Source: Anaerolineae bacterium (GTDB taxonomy: Bacteria > Chloroflexota > Anaerolineae > VGOG01). Taken from it: a DNA stretch of 64,000 nucleotides. Positions 55,808 through 64,000 of this stretch are shown piece by piece. The stretch spans positions 177 to 64,176 of the forward strand of contig JBAWAP010000434.1 of NCBI GenBank assembly GCA_049589355.1, read 5' to 3'. Positions within the stretch are counted from its first letter, which is position 1; the number at the start of each line of letters is the position of its first letter. The notes beneath the pieces are model-generated. The model made no database searches, was not told the DNA's origin, and saw only the letters and a list, made by a program, of their open reading frames with translations. The position numbers and the translations under genes were made by a program.

Positions 55808-57514
55808 ATGAAACCCAAATGGCAGATAGCGCCGCCAGCGCCTCCAGATCACCTGGCCCGCTTTCCGCAACTCTCGCCCCTCATCGTCCAGTTGCTCTAT
55901 AACCGCGGCATCACCGCTCCCCAGGATGTACGGGATTTCCTGGCCGGTGCTTGCCCCGAGGGCAATCCATTTCGACTCAAAGGGATGAACGAGGCCGTGA
56001 CCCGCCTCCGCCAGGCCATTCGCCGTGGAGAACTTGTAGCCATCTACGGCGACTTTGACGCCGACGGGGTGGCGGCCACAGCCCTCCTTGTGGAGACGCT
56101 CTCGGCCCTTGGAGCCAAGGTAAAGCCCTACATCCCCCACCGAGTGGACGAGGGCTATGGCCTGCACACCGAGGCCCTGTGCCAACTGGCATCTCAGGGT
56201 ATCAGGGTGGTGGTCACCGTTGATTGCGGTATCCGCTCCATTGAGGAGGTCATCTACGGAAGAAAGCTGGGCCTGGATCTCATCATAACCGATCATCACT
56301 CGGTGGGCGAGGAGGCGCCTCCGGCTCTGGCGGTTATCAACCCCAAACAACACGACTGCCCCTATCCCTTCAAGGACTTAGCAGGGGTAGGGGTGGCCTT
56401 CAAGCTGGCTCAGGCCCTCCTGCAGACCAATCGCCAGGTGCCTGTGGCAAAGGGCGAGGTCAGTGTAAACGAGGGGGATTTGCTAGGCCTGGTCGCCTTA
56501 GGCACGGTGACTGACCTCGCCCCATTACTGGGAGAGAATAGAAGCTTGGTCAAGCGGGGACTGGAGAGGTTGAACTCCACCAAGCGCCTGGGCTTGCAGG
56601 CCATGATCGCCCAAGCAGGGCTGAAGCTGGGCCAGATTGATGCAACAACCATCAGTTTCGTCTTAGGGCCGCGCCTCAACGCCGCCGGGCGCATAGATGA
56701 TGCCATCATGAGCTACGATCTCCTCCTCTGCCGCTCTCCAATCCAGGCCGAAAACCTGGCCCGGATGCTAGAGGAGCAAAATCAGCATCGTCAACGCCTG
56801 ACTGCAGAGACACTTGAGCGAGCGCGAGAGCAGGTGCTGATGGCTGGTGAGAGCGAGAAGCTCTTCTTTGCGGCCGCCAAGGACTTCCTGGCGGGCATCG
56901 TTGGCCTGGTGGCCCACCGTCTGACCGAGGAGTTCTACCGCCCCAGCCTGGTCGTTGAGCTGGGTCCAGAGGAAAGCCGAGGCTCGGCTCGCAGCATCCC
57001 CGAGTTCAACATCACCGCCGCCTTGGATCAATGCAGCGACCTCCTTATCAGGTACGGCGGCCACGCGGCAGCCGCTGGCTTTACCGTAGCCAATGACAAT
57101 CTGCAGGCTCTGCAAGAACGCTTGAGGGAGCTGGCCGCTGAGCAGCTTGAGGGAGTGGAGCTAACACCTACGCTCCTCATTGACGCTGAGGTCGAGCTAT
57201 CCGAAGTAGATTGGGCTACCCAGGCCCTGCTGACCCAGTTAGAACCTTGCGGTTATGCTAATCCCTCCCCTCTACTATTGAGTCGCCAGGCCATCGTGAA
57301 GGACGCCCGCGCTGTGGGCACGGAGGAACGCCACCTCAAGCTTACCCTGAGCGATGGGCGGATCGTCTGGGACGCTATCGCTTTCCACCAAGGCCAATCG
57401 GCTGACCAGCTTCCTCGTCACATTGACGTCGTCTACTCCCTGGAAGTCCACGAGTGGAACAGGGAGAAGAGATTGCAACTCAACGTGAAAGACCTGCGGC
57501 CTTCGGTAGTGTAA
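55808..57514 (+). CDS. recJ: Single-stranded-DNA-specific exonuclease RecJ
   Basis: Start MKPKWQIAPPAPPDHLARFPQLSPLIVQLLYNRGI at ATG 55808. DHH motifs (IYGDFDADGVAATALL, ITDHH), DHHA1 domain. Confidence 0.85.
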   Translation: MKPKWQIAPPAPPDHLARFPQLSPLIVQLLYNRGITAPQDVRDFLAGACPEGNPFRLKGMNEAVTRLRQAIRRGELVAIYGDFDADGVAATALLVETLSALGAKVKPYIPHRVDEGYGLHTEALCQLASQGIRVVVTVDCGIRSIEEVIYGRKLGLDLIITDHHSVGEEAPPALAVINPKQHDCPYPFKDLAGVGVAFKLAQALLQTNRQVPVAKGEVSVNEGDLLGLVALGTVTDLAPLLGENRSLVKRGLERLNSTKRLGLQAMIAQAGLKLGQIDATTISFVLGPRLNAAGRIDDAIMSYDLLLCRSPIQAENLARMLEEQNQHRQRLTAETLERAREQVLMAGESEKLFFAAAKDFLAGIVGLVAHRLTEEFYRPSLVVELGPEESRGSARSIPEFNITAALDQCSDLLIRYGGHAAAAGFTVANDNLQALQERLRELAAEQLEGVELTPTLLIDAEVELSEVDWATQALLTQLEPCGYANPSPLLLSRQAIVKDARAVGTEERHLKLTLSDGRIVWDAIAFHQGQSADQLPRHIDVVYSLEVHEWNREKRLQLNVKDLRPSVV

Positions 57515-57695
57515 ACGAGACCCCTTCGACTGGGCTCAGGGCAAGCTTGGCTCAGGGCAGGCCCCGTGGCTGGGGCTGGTGGGGCTGGCTTCCCTCGCCG
57601 CCCTCATGGTTGCGCTAGTCAGGAGGCGCAGAAGTACCTGAGGATCAAAATGCTAGACCTGATGGGTTTTCGAAAACCCGTCAGGTCTTCCAAGG

Positions 57696-57736
57696 CAGAA
57701 GGTTCTGGTGGATGGTTCACCAGAACCTTCTGTTTT
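57696..57736 (+). terminator. Intrinsic terminator after recJ (15-bp perfect stem plus TTTT), preceded by a second 14-bp hairpin at 57656..57687
   Basis: CAGAAGGTTCTGGTG-GATGGTT-CACCAGAACCTTCTG TTTT. Confidence 0.65.
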
Positions 57737-57799
57737 GAGTGCCTTGGGCTGGACAAAAGCAGCCAGGTGGGATATAATTTCTTCAGAGGAGAACAAACG

Positions 57800-58321
57800 T
57801 TGAAGAAAGCACTCCCAGCCTTAGTCTGCCTTGTATTATTGACCCCACATATCTGGACTGACAAGCCGGCCTCCGCCTCAGCGCCACCTGACCCTCGCTT
57901 CGGGGCGGTGGAGGCTTATGAAGCCCCCGATCAAGCAACTTTGGCCGGCGTGGGCTGGGAACGGATACTCTTCTGGTGGTATCAACTGCAACCCAACGGG
58001 CCAGAGGATTGGAACGACCAGTACTTCCCCGATGAAATCCTGGATAGGGAACGTGCCCAGGGCCGAGAGGTGGTGGGCCTGCTCAATAACACTCCCCACG
58101 CCCACCGCTACGCCGACGACCACACTCACTCCTATGCCCACCGCTACTATAACACAGCTACCCACCCCTACGCCCACAGCAACAAACCTGCCGACGCCGA
58201 CAGCAACGAACACTCCTTTCCCTACTTCCACCCTCACCCCCTCCCCTACAGCCACCGCTACCAGTTCCCTTGCCTAATCCCCCTCGGCGGCGTCCTCATC
58301 TGGTGGCGGAGGCGGCGCTGA
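57800..58321 (+). CDS. Secreted hypothetical protein with a His/Tyr/Pro-rich linker and C-terminal hydrophobic anchor with basic tail (...LIPLGGVLIWWRRRR)
   Basis: TTG start 57800 with GAGGAG RBS. Signal peptide LKKALPALVCLVLL. Strong C bias at third codon positions supports this frame. The PT-rich ORF 57918..58277 is a shadow frame. Confidence 0.45.
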   Translation: MKKALPALVCLVLLTPHIWTDKPASASAPPDPRFGAVEAYEAPDQATLAGVGWERILFWWYQLQPNGPEDWNDQYFPDEILDRERAQGREVVGLLNNTPHAHRYADDHTHSYAHRYYNTATHPYAHSNKPADADSNEHSFPYFHPHPLPYSHRYQFPCLIPLGGVLIWWRRRR

Positions 58322-58366
58322 CCAGTTACCACTGACCATGGACCACCTGACCAAGGACATGAAGGC

Positions 58367-58958
58367 ATGACCATCCTTAACCCAGCAATCTATATAGACG
58401 AGTCCGGCAATTTAACCGCCCCGAACGCCCCTTTCGTGGTAGTGGCAGCGTTGGTTGCCGAGCAACACGATGCTAAACTGATAAAGGATTATCAGCAAGG
58501 AAAGACGAAGACTTCGTATGGCTAAGGGCGAGCAGAAGAAGGAGAGGAAGGTAGCCGAATTCAAATTTCGTTCGATTGGAGATAGGACGAGGCAAAGGAT
58601 TCTAGTACGCTTGGGGGGACAGAAGGTAGAGCTGTTCTTATTTATCTTGGAGAAAGGGGATAGGATTATAGCGGATACGCCGAAAAACTATGCCAGGCTT
58701 GTGTGGCAGCTCTTAGCAGAGTGTTTGAAGCAATACCCCAAAGCGCCGGTGATCATTGATTCCCACTTTGACTTGGCCGAAAGAAGGGAAGCCTTTGATG
58801 CCTTTATCGCCGAGAAGGCGGGCAGACCGGTAGCGATCACACATGGCGACAGCAATCTCGATGCAGGGGTGGAATTGGCGGATTTTTTAGTGGGGCAGTC
58901 TTGTATCGCTGTAGGCAAGGAGACAGCCGCTTTGAGGAAATGTTCAGGGAAAAAGTAG
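58367..58958 (+). pseudogene. DUF3800-family gene split by a frameshift
   Basis: ORF A (58367..58525) MTILNPAIYIDESGNLTAPNAPFVVVAALV is the DUF3800 N-terminus. ORF B (58518..58958) ...VIIDSHFD...ITHGDSNLDAGVELADFLVGQ is the DUF3800 C-terminus in another frame. Low-GC patch. Confidence 0.5.
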
Positions 58959-59127
58959 TCTGGGAAAGTAGCGGGAAATGGAAAAAGAAATGGTGAGAAA
59001 CCCGGAAGGCCCGTTCCTTGGATTCCCAAGTGAACCGCTGCAAGCAGCCGTCCAGCCTTACCCCGGATTTACTTCTCACCATCGCTATCTAATAACATAA
59101 TTTCCTTAAATTGTCAAGGAGGCAGAA

Positions 59128-60468
59128 ATGCTCATCACCAATAGCACGCTCATCACCTTTGGCGAGAAGAACCAGGTCATATCCGATGGGGCTATCCTCA
59201 TCACCGGCGAGCACATAGCCGATTTGGGCTCGACGGCGGAGCTCACGGCAAAATACCCCGCTGAGGAGATCCTCGACGCCCAGGGCAAACTGGCGATGCC
59301 CGGCCTGATCTGTGCCCACACTCACTTCTACGGCGCTTTCGCCCGAGGGATGGCCATCCCTGGCGAAGCCCCCCAGAACTTTCCGGAGATTCTGGAGAAG
59401 CTGTGGTGGCAACTCGACAAAGCCCTCCTTTGGCAAGACATTCGCTACAGTGCCCTGGTCTGCCTGATAGATGCCATCCGCCACGGCACCACCACCCTCA
59501 TAGATCACCACGCCTCTCCCAACGCTATTGATGGTTCACTGGACATCATCGCTAAAGCGGTGGAGGAGGCCGGAGTGCGCGCCTGCCTGTGCTACGAGGT
59601 GAGTGACCGGGACGGGAAGGATAAGGCAATGGCGGGGATCAGGGAGAATGAGCGATTTATCAGGGGAGCAAGGGAGCAAGGGAGCAAGGGAGCAGGAGGG
59701 GCAATTGCGGGAACATTTGGCTTGCACGCTTCGATGACGCTTTCCGATGAGACGTTGGAGCAGGCGGTGGAGGTGGCCAATGGGTTGGGCGTAGGTTTCC
59801 ATATCCACGTGGCGGAGGATATGGCCGACGTGCGGGATAGCCTGAAGAAATCGGGCCTGCGGGTCGTCGAGAGGTTGAGCAAGTTCGGTGTATTGGGCCC
59901 CCAGACCATCGCCGCCCATTGCGTGCATGTGGACGCCTACGAGAAGGAGATCCTGCAAGAGACGGGCACGCGGGTAGTCCACAATCCCCGCTCCAACATG
60001 AACAACGCCGTGGGCGTGGCCGACGTGCCAGGCATGCTGAAACGCGGGATTGACGTGGGCCTGGGCAACGACGGTTTCTCCAATAACATGTTCACTGAGA
60101 TGCATACCGCTTACCTCTTGCACAAGCTGAACAAGGGTGATCCGCGAGTCATGGGCGCCGACCAGATGATGCAAATGGCGTTTCAGAACAACGCCCAGAT
60201 AGCTAACCTGTTCTTCGCTGACCCTCTGGGGCAGCTCTCCGTAGGCGCACTGGCCGATGTGGTTCTGGTGGATTACAAGCCGACCACCCCCTTGACCGAA
60301 GGCAACTTCCCCTGGCACATCATCTTCGGCGTGGACGGCACGGGAGTGGACACGACCATCGTCGGCGGTCAAGTGCTGATGCAGAACAAGGAGCTTTTGA
60401 GCCTGGACGAGGAAGAAGTCTGTGTCAAATCGCAGGAGCTGGCAGGTAGGCTCTGGAAGAGATTATGA
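59128..60468 (+). CDS. ssnA: SsnA-like putative aminohydrolase (chlorohydrolase/deaminase family)
   Basis: ...PGLICAHTHFYGAFARGM..., 446 aa, AGGAGG RBS. Carries an in-frame (GGGAGCAA)n 8-mer repeat insertion at 59675..59708. Confidence 0.65.
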   Translation: MLITNSTLITFGEKNQVISDGAILITGEHIADLGSTAELTAKYPAEEILDAQGKLAMPGLICAHTHFYGAFARGMAIPGEAPQNFPEILEKLWWQLDKALLWQDIRYSALVCLIDAIRHGTTTLIDHHASPNAIDGSLDIIAKAVEEAGVRACLCYEVSDRDGKDKAMAGIRENERFIRGAREQGSKGAGGAIAGTFGLHASMTLSDETLEQAVEVANGLGVGFHIHVAEDMADVRDSLKKSGLRVVERLSKFGVLGPQTIAAHCVHVDAYEKEILQETGTRVVHNPRSNMNNAVGVADVPGMLKRGIDVGLGNDGFSNNMFTEMHTAYLLHKLNKGDPRVMGADQMMQMAFQNNAQIANLFFADPLGQLSVGALADVVLVDYKPTTPLTEGNFPWHIIFGVDGTGVDTTIVGGQVLMQNKELLSLDEEEVCVKSQELAGRLWKRL

Positions 60469-60469
60469 T

Positions 60470-60715
60470 ATGTCCTCGTGGATTGATGGTACCCTGTATC
60501 CCGATACAGAGCCTCCCGAAACACTGGACACTCTGGCCGACCGGGTGGACTTTTTGGCCCGGCTGTGCGCGGCGTGGGACTTTGGGGTGTTGCCCTACCC
60601 AGAGACCGTGGCCGAGGTTCGCCGCCCGGAATGGCGGGAGGCGGTAGACGCTTGTTGCCTCCTGACCTCTCCGGCTTACCACCTGTTGCGAACCTGGCAC
60701 AACCTGGAACCTTAG
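60470..60715 (+). CDS. Small hypothetical protein between ssnA and ygfK
   Basis: MSSWIDGTLYPDTEPPETLDTLADRVDFLARLCAAWDFGVLPYPETVAEVRRPEW.... Start 2 nt after the ssnA stop. Confidence 0.35.
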   Translation: MSSWIDGTLYPDTEPPETLDTLADRVDFLARLCAAWDFGVLPYPETVAEVRRPEWREAVDACCLLTSPAYHLLRTWHNLEP

Positions 60716-60816
60716 CCCTACCTGGGAGCGCGCCTGGCCTACATCTGGGAGGACCCCAATCTGAAGTATATCTAGCCCGCCGCTCGGCCCACGTTTACTG
60801 AAAGGAATGAAGAAAC

Positions 60817-63800
60817 GTGTCTGATACCATGAAGGTCCAATCCTTTGAAGTCCTTCTCAACTGGATTCTGAAAGAGCTTGAGCGGAATCAGTCCATCTTT
60901 GGGATCCATCGCTCTCTTTTCTATATCCCCAAAAAGGACAGCCCCTACGCCATCCCGGACCTCTTTGGGCATTACCTGGCCACTCCCATCGGACCGGGGG
61001 CCGGCCCCCATACCCAATTGACACAGAACATCATCTGTGCCTGGCTCTCCGGTGGCCGATTCATCGAACTGAAGACCGTGCAAATCATGGACGAACTGGA
61101 GATCACCAGGCCCTGCATTGACATGGAGGATGAAGGCTATAACGTCGAATGGTCTCAGGAGCTGAAGCTGGATCAGTCTGCCAGCGAGTATGTCAAATCC
61201 TGGGCCTTGATCCACATCCTCCGCCGGGTCCTTGGCTTCGAGGACCTTTCCTTTGGCACGATTTTCAACATGAGCGTCGGCTACAACCTGGAGGGGATTC
61301 AGAGCCCACCCATGACCCGTTTCATGGACAAACTGGAGGACGCCTCCGAGGAAATCGCCGCAATCCAGGCGCTTCTGAGAGAGAAGTTCTCCCAGTTCAG
61401 CGATATCGAGATTCCGGCTCGTGTCACCAACAACGTCACTCTCTCCACCATGCACGGTTGCCCCCCGGACGAAATCGAACGGATCGGCAGGTATCTGCTG
61501 GAAGAAAGGGGGCTGCACACCGCGGTTAAGCTGAATCCCACTCTGCTGGGCAAAGAGGAGGTGATGCGCATCCTCCACGACCACCTCGGCTTCAGGGAGA
61601 TCCATATCCCCGACCGCGTGTTCGAGCACGATCTGCAATACGACCGGGCGGTGGAATTGATCAAGACATTGAGCGGGGTTGCCGCAGAGCGGGGCCTGAC
61701 CTTTGGGATCAAATTGAGCAACACCCTAGCCATGGCCAACCACAAGGGCATCCTCCCTGGCGACGAAATGTACATGTCGGGACGCGCCCTCTACCCCGTT
61801 ACCGTTAACCTCTTCCACAGGCTCTCCCAGGAATTCGGCGGCGACCTGAACGTCTCTTTCTCTGCCGGAGCCGATGCCTTCAATCTGACGGGGATCCTGG
61901 CTGCCGGTGCCCGGCCTGTCACCGTAGTCTCCGACCTGCTGAAGCCGGGTGGCTATTCCAGGATGCTTCAATACCTGGAGAATCTGGAAAGGGATATGGA
62001 GAGGCTGGGGGCACAGAGCCTGGAGGAACTGGCCCAAGACAAGCTGACTAATCTGGAACGAGAGGCCGCCCGGGCCCTGGACGACCCCCGCTACAAGAAG
62101 GGCTACCACCCCTACGGCCTGCCCAAGGTCGAATCGAAACTGGGCCTTTTCGATTGCATCGCTGCTCCCTGTGTGGAGAAGTGCGCCATCCACCAAGACG
62201 TGCCCGAATACGCCTGGCTGACCTCCCGCCAGAAATACGACCAGGCACTGGAGGTCATCCTCTCCCGCAACCCCCTGCCTGGGGTCACCGGCTACGTCTG
62301 CAATCACCTGTGCCAGACCCGATGCACCCGTAACAACTACGACCAGCCCGTCGCTATCCGCGCCCTCAAACGGTTTGCCGCCGAACACGGGAACGTGCCC
62401 CAAATTGAAAATCGCAAATCGCAAATCGCAAATCGCAGAGTGGCCGTGATTGGCAGCGGCCCCTCGGGGCTGGCTGTGGCCTATTCCCTGGCGCTGAACG
62501 GTGTCGAGGCGACCATCTATGAAGCCAAGGACAGGGCTGGAGGGATGCTGGCCATCGCCCCCACTTTCAGGCTGCCCCAGGCTGTCGTTCAGGAGGACAT
62601 TGACCGAATCACCAATTTGGGAGTGAAGATCGAACTTTCCCATCCCATCACATCCCCCCCGGAGGAGCTTCTGGCAGACGGGTTTGATGCCGTCTACATT
62701 GCCTCGGGCGCTCAGAAGGATGCCCGTCTGGGCATCGAAGGCGAAGAAGGCGAAGGCGTCCACCATGCGCTTGGTTTACTCGACCAGGTGCGGTGGGGTG
62801 AAAGAGTCGAATTGGGCAGCAGGGTCTTGGTCATCGGCGGAGGGAACTCGGCTATGGATGCCGCCAGGACGGCCAAGCGGCTTACGAGCGGCTTGGTGAC
62901 CATCGTCTATCGTCGGACACGGAGCGAGATGCCGGCCGACGAGGAGGAGATCGAAGACACTCTGGTGGAGGGCGTGGTTTTGGAGGAACTGACTTCCCCC
63001 ACCAGGATCATCCTGCAAGAGAGCCGGGTCGTCGCCCTGGAGTGTGTACGGAACGAGCTGGGAGAGCCTGGTCGAGACGGGAGGAGAAGGCCGATTCCCA
63101 TCGAAGGTAGCGAGTTTCAGATCGAGGCGGATTCCATCATCGTGGCCATCGGCCAGGTGCCGGACGTTTCCTTTCTCGACCGAAGCGTGATCACTCTTCG
63201 CGAGGATGCGACCATCGCCGTTGCCCCCGAGACCGGGCTTGCGGGAGAAGAACGGGTCTATGCGGGGGGGGATGCGGTGCGAGGACCCGCCACCATCGTC
63301 GAGGCGTGCGCCGACGGCCGGCGGGCCGCCGAGGCGATTTGCCAGCAGTTGGGTGTGCCGTTTGAACGGCCGTCCGTCAACCTTCCCATGCTCTCTGAGG
63401 AAGAAATCGCGCAAGTCAAGCGTGTCCGAGCTAGGAAGGCGGCACAGCACGAGGCAGCAATGCTCCCGCCCGGTGAGCGTGGCGGCTTCGACTTGGTCGA
63501 AGCGACCCTGACGGAGGAGGCGGCCCTGACCGAGGCGACCCGCTGTCTGCAGTGCTCGACCCTGTGCGACAAATGTGTGGAGGTGTGCCCCAACCGAGCC
63601 AATTACACCTTCTTCGTCGCCCCTGTCAGCCTGACGCTGCCCAAGGTCTCATGCCAGCAGAGAGGCTTGGCCGTAGCTGGGAAGGAGCTCTTCCGGCTCG
63701 AGCAATCTCGGCAGATCCTCCACGTGGACGACTTCTGCAATGAATGCGGCAACTGCGAGACCTTCTGCGTCCACGAGGGCAAACCCTATCTGGACAAGCC

Positions 63801-64000
63801 CAGGCTCTTCCTCAAGGAAAGCGACTTTGAGCAGGAAGAGAACAACGCCTTCTACGTCGAGAGAGGTACAAAAGGCTGGACCATCAGAAGGCGGGAGAGC
63901 GGGAAGGAGTCGCGTCTATCTATGGAAAACGGCAGCGATGAGGTAAACTTTGAAAACGATCTGCTGAGAATGACGATCTCGTCCGCTGATTTTCAGATTA
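60817..64000 (+). CDS. ygfK: YgfK-like putative selenate reductase subunit / Fe-S oxidoreductase; 3' end outside the window
   Basis: N-terminus ATPIGPGAGPHTQLTQNIICAWLSGGRFIELKTVQIMDELEITRPCIDMEDEGYNVEWSQE matches E. coli YgfK. C-terminal half is glutamate-synthase-small-subunit-like (VAVIGSGPSGLAVAY, GGGNSAMDAART, Cys clusters). No stop before 64000. Carries an in-frame (AAATCGC)n insertion at 62404..62437. Confidence 0.8.
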   Translation, partial: MSDTMKVQSFEVLLNWILKELERNQSIFGIHRSLFYIPKKDSPYAIPDLFGHYLATPIGPGAGPHTQLTQNIICAWLSGGRFIELKTVQIMDELEITRPCIDMEDEGYNVEWSQELKLDQSASEYVKSWALIHILRRVLGFEDLSFGTIFNMSVGYNLEGIQSPPMTRFMDKLEDASEEIAAIQALLREKFSQFSDIEIPARVTNNVTLSTMHGCPPDEIERIGRYLLEERGLHTAVKLNPTLLGKEEVMRILHDHLGFREIHIPDRVFEHDLQYDRAVELIKTLSGVAAERGLTFGIKLSNTLAMANHKGILPGDEMYMSGRALYPVTVNLFHRLSQEFGGDLNVSFSAGADAFNLTGILAAGARPVTVVSDLLKPGGYSRMLQYLENLERDMERLGAQSLEELAQDKLTNLEREAARALDDPRYKKGYHPYGLPKVESKLGLFDCIAAPCVEKCAIHQDVPEYAWLTSRQKYDQALEVILSRNPLPGVTGYVCNHLCQTRCTRNNYDQPVAIRALKRFAAEHGNVPQIENRKSQIANRRVAVIGSGPSGLAVAYSLALNGVEATIYEAKDRAGGMLAIAPTFRLPQAVVQEDIDRITNLGVKIELSHPITSPPEELLADGFDAVYIASGAQKDARLGIEGEEGEGVHHALGLLDQVRWGERVELGSRVLVIGGGNSAMDAARTAKRLTSGLVTIVYRRTRSEMPADEEEIEDTLVEGVVLEELTSPTRIILQESRVVALECVRNELGEPGRDGRRRPIPIEGSEFQIEADSIIVAIGQVPDVSFLDRSVITLREDATIAVAPETGLAGEERVYAGGDAVRGPATIVEACADGRRAAEAICQQLGVPFERPSVNLPMLSEEEIAQVKRVRARKAAQHEAAMLPPGERGGFDLVEATLTEEAALTEATRCLQCSTLCDKCVEVCPNRANYTFFVAPVSLTLPKVSCQQRGLAVAGKELFRLEQSRQILHVDDFCNECGNCETFCVHEGKPYLDKPRLFLKESDFEQEENNAFYVERGTKGWTIRRRESGKESRLSMENGSDEVNFENDLLRMTISSADFQI

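Noticed and set aside
57918-58277. PT-rich 119-aa ORF as the real gene
   Set aside because: It is in the +1 frame relative to an ORF with a signal peptide, an RBS and a C-terminal anchor. Its third-codon positions are unbiased, while the other frame has strong GC3 bias.
14570-62437. Heptamer arrays as CRISPR arrays
   Set aside because: Units are 7-8 nt with no spacers of different sequence. Several lie inside ORFs in frame.

Overview
High-GC (~60-65%) bacterial chromosomal segment, almost entirely transcribed from the minus strand. I cannot assign the phylum with confidence. Order of content from left to right:

(1) 1-12233: a cell-surface locus. It holds the 5' 6.6 kb of a giant secreted Ig-like (Big) repeat protein (partial, continues off the left edge), a subtilisin S8 protease, and three paralogous signal/anchor proteins built from an unrecognised ~95-aa domain. 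A membrane-anchored rhodanese sits among them and carries an in-frame UGA exactly at the catalytic-Cys position.

(2) 12269-20574: a complete aromatic amino acid supraoperon, aroH-aroF-tyrA-aroA-aroE-aroC-aroK/aroB-aroQ. It is preceded by what reads as a classic ribosome-mediated attenuator: sigma70-like promoter, a Phe/Tyr-rich leader peptide, alternative antiterminator/terminator hairpins, and the aroH RBS.

(3) 21004-32290: an accessory defence/toxin-antitoxin island cut into cassettes by five co-oriented copies of a ~140-240 bp repeat. Each full copy carries, on the minus strand, a long hairpin terminator followed by a perfect TTGACC-N17-TATAAT promoter. The cassettes hold a MazF fragment with its antitoxin, an HNH nuclease, a HigA-like fragment, a nucleotidyltransferase pair, a Type III R-M (mod-MNT-HEPN-res) and a TIR-domain protein.

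(4) 32289-42876: membrane and unknown proteins, PadR with a DUF1700-like membrane partner, an ECF transporter (S, A1A2, T), rsmE, prmA, and a DJ-1 family lipoprotein.

(5) 42886-50214: the hrcA-grpE-dnaK-dnaJ heat-shock operon with a perfect CIRCE operator. TA-like modules (PIN/antitoxin, DUF5615/DUF433, DUF2283, hicB/frameshifted hicA, another DUF433) are inserted between its genes.

(6) 50321-64000: an MBL hydrolase, a tandemly duplicated MtaD-like amidohydrolase, a lipid kinase, SCP2, recJ, a frameshifted DUF3800 gene in a low-GC patch, and the selenium-associated pair ssnA plus ygfK (partial, runs off the right edge).

Throughout the window, short tandem 7-8-mer arrays, often arranged as inverted hairpins, and poly-C/poly-G palindromes sit at gene junctions and as in-frame insertions inside housekeeping genes (aroC, aroA, aroE and tyrA termini, ssnA, ygfK).

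The three observations I rate highest are the terminator-promoter repeat module (0.8), the aromatic-leader attenuator (0.75) and the UGA-rhodanese selenoprotein candidate (0.65), the last set against ssnA/ygfK. Coordinates not taken from the ORF track were derived by hand and may be off by 1-3 nt.
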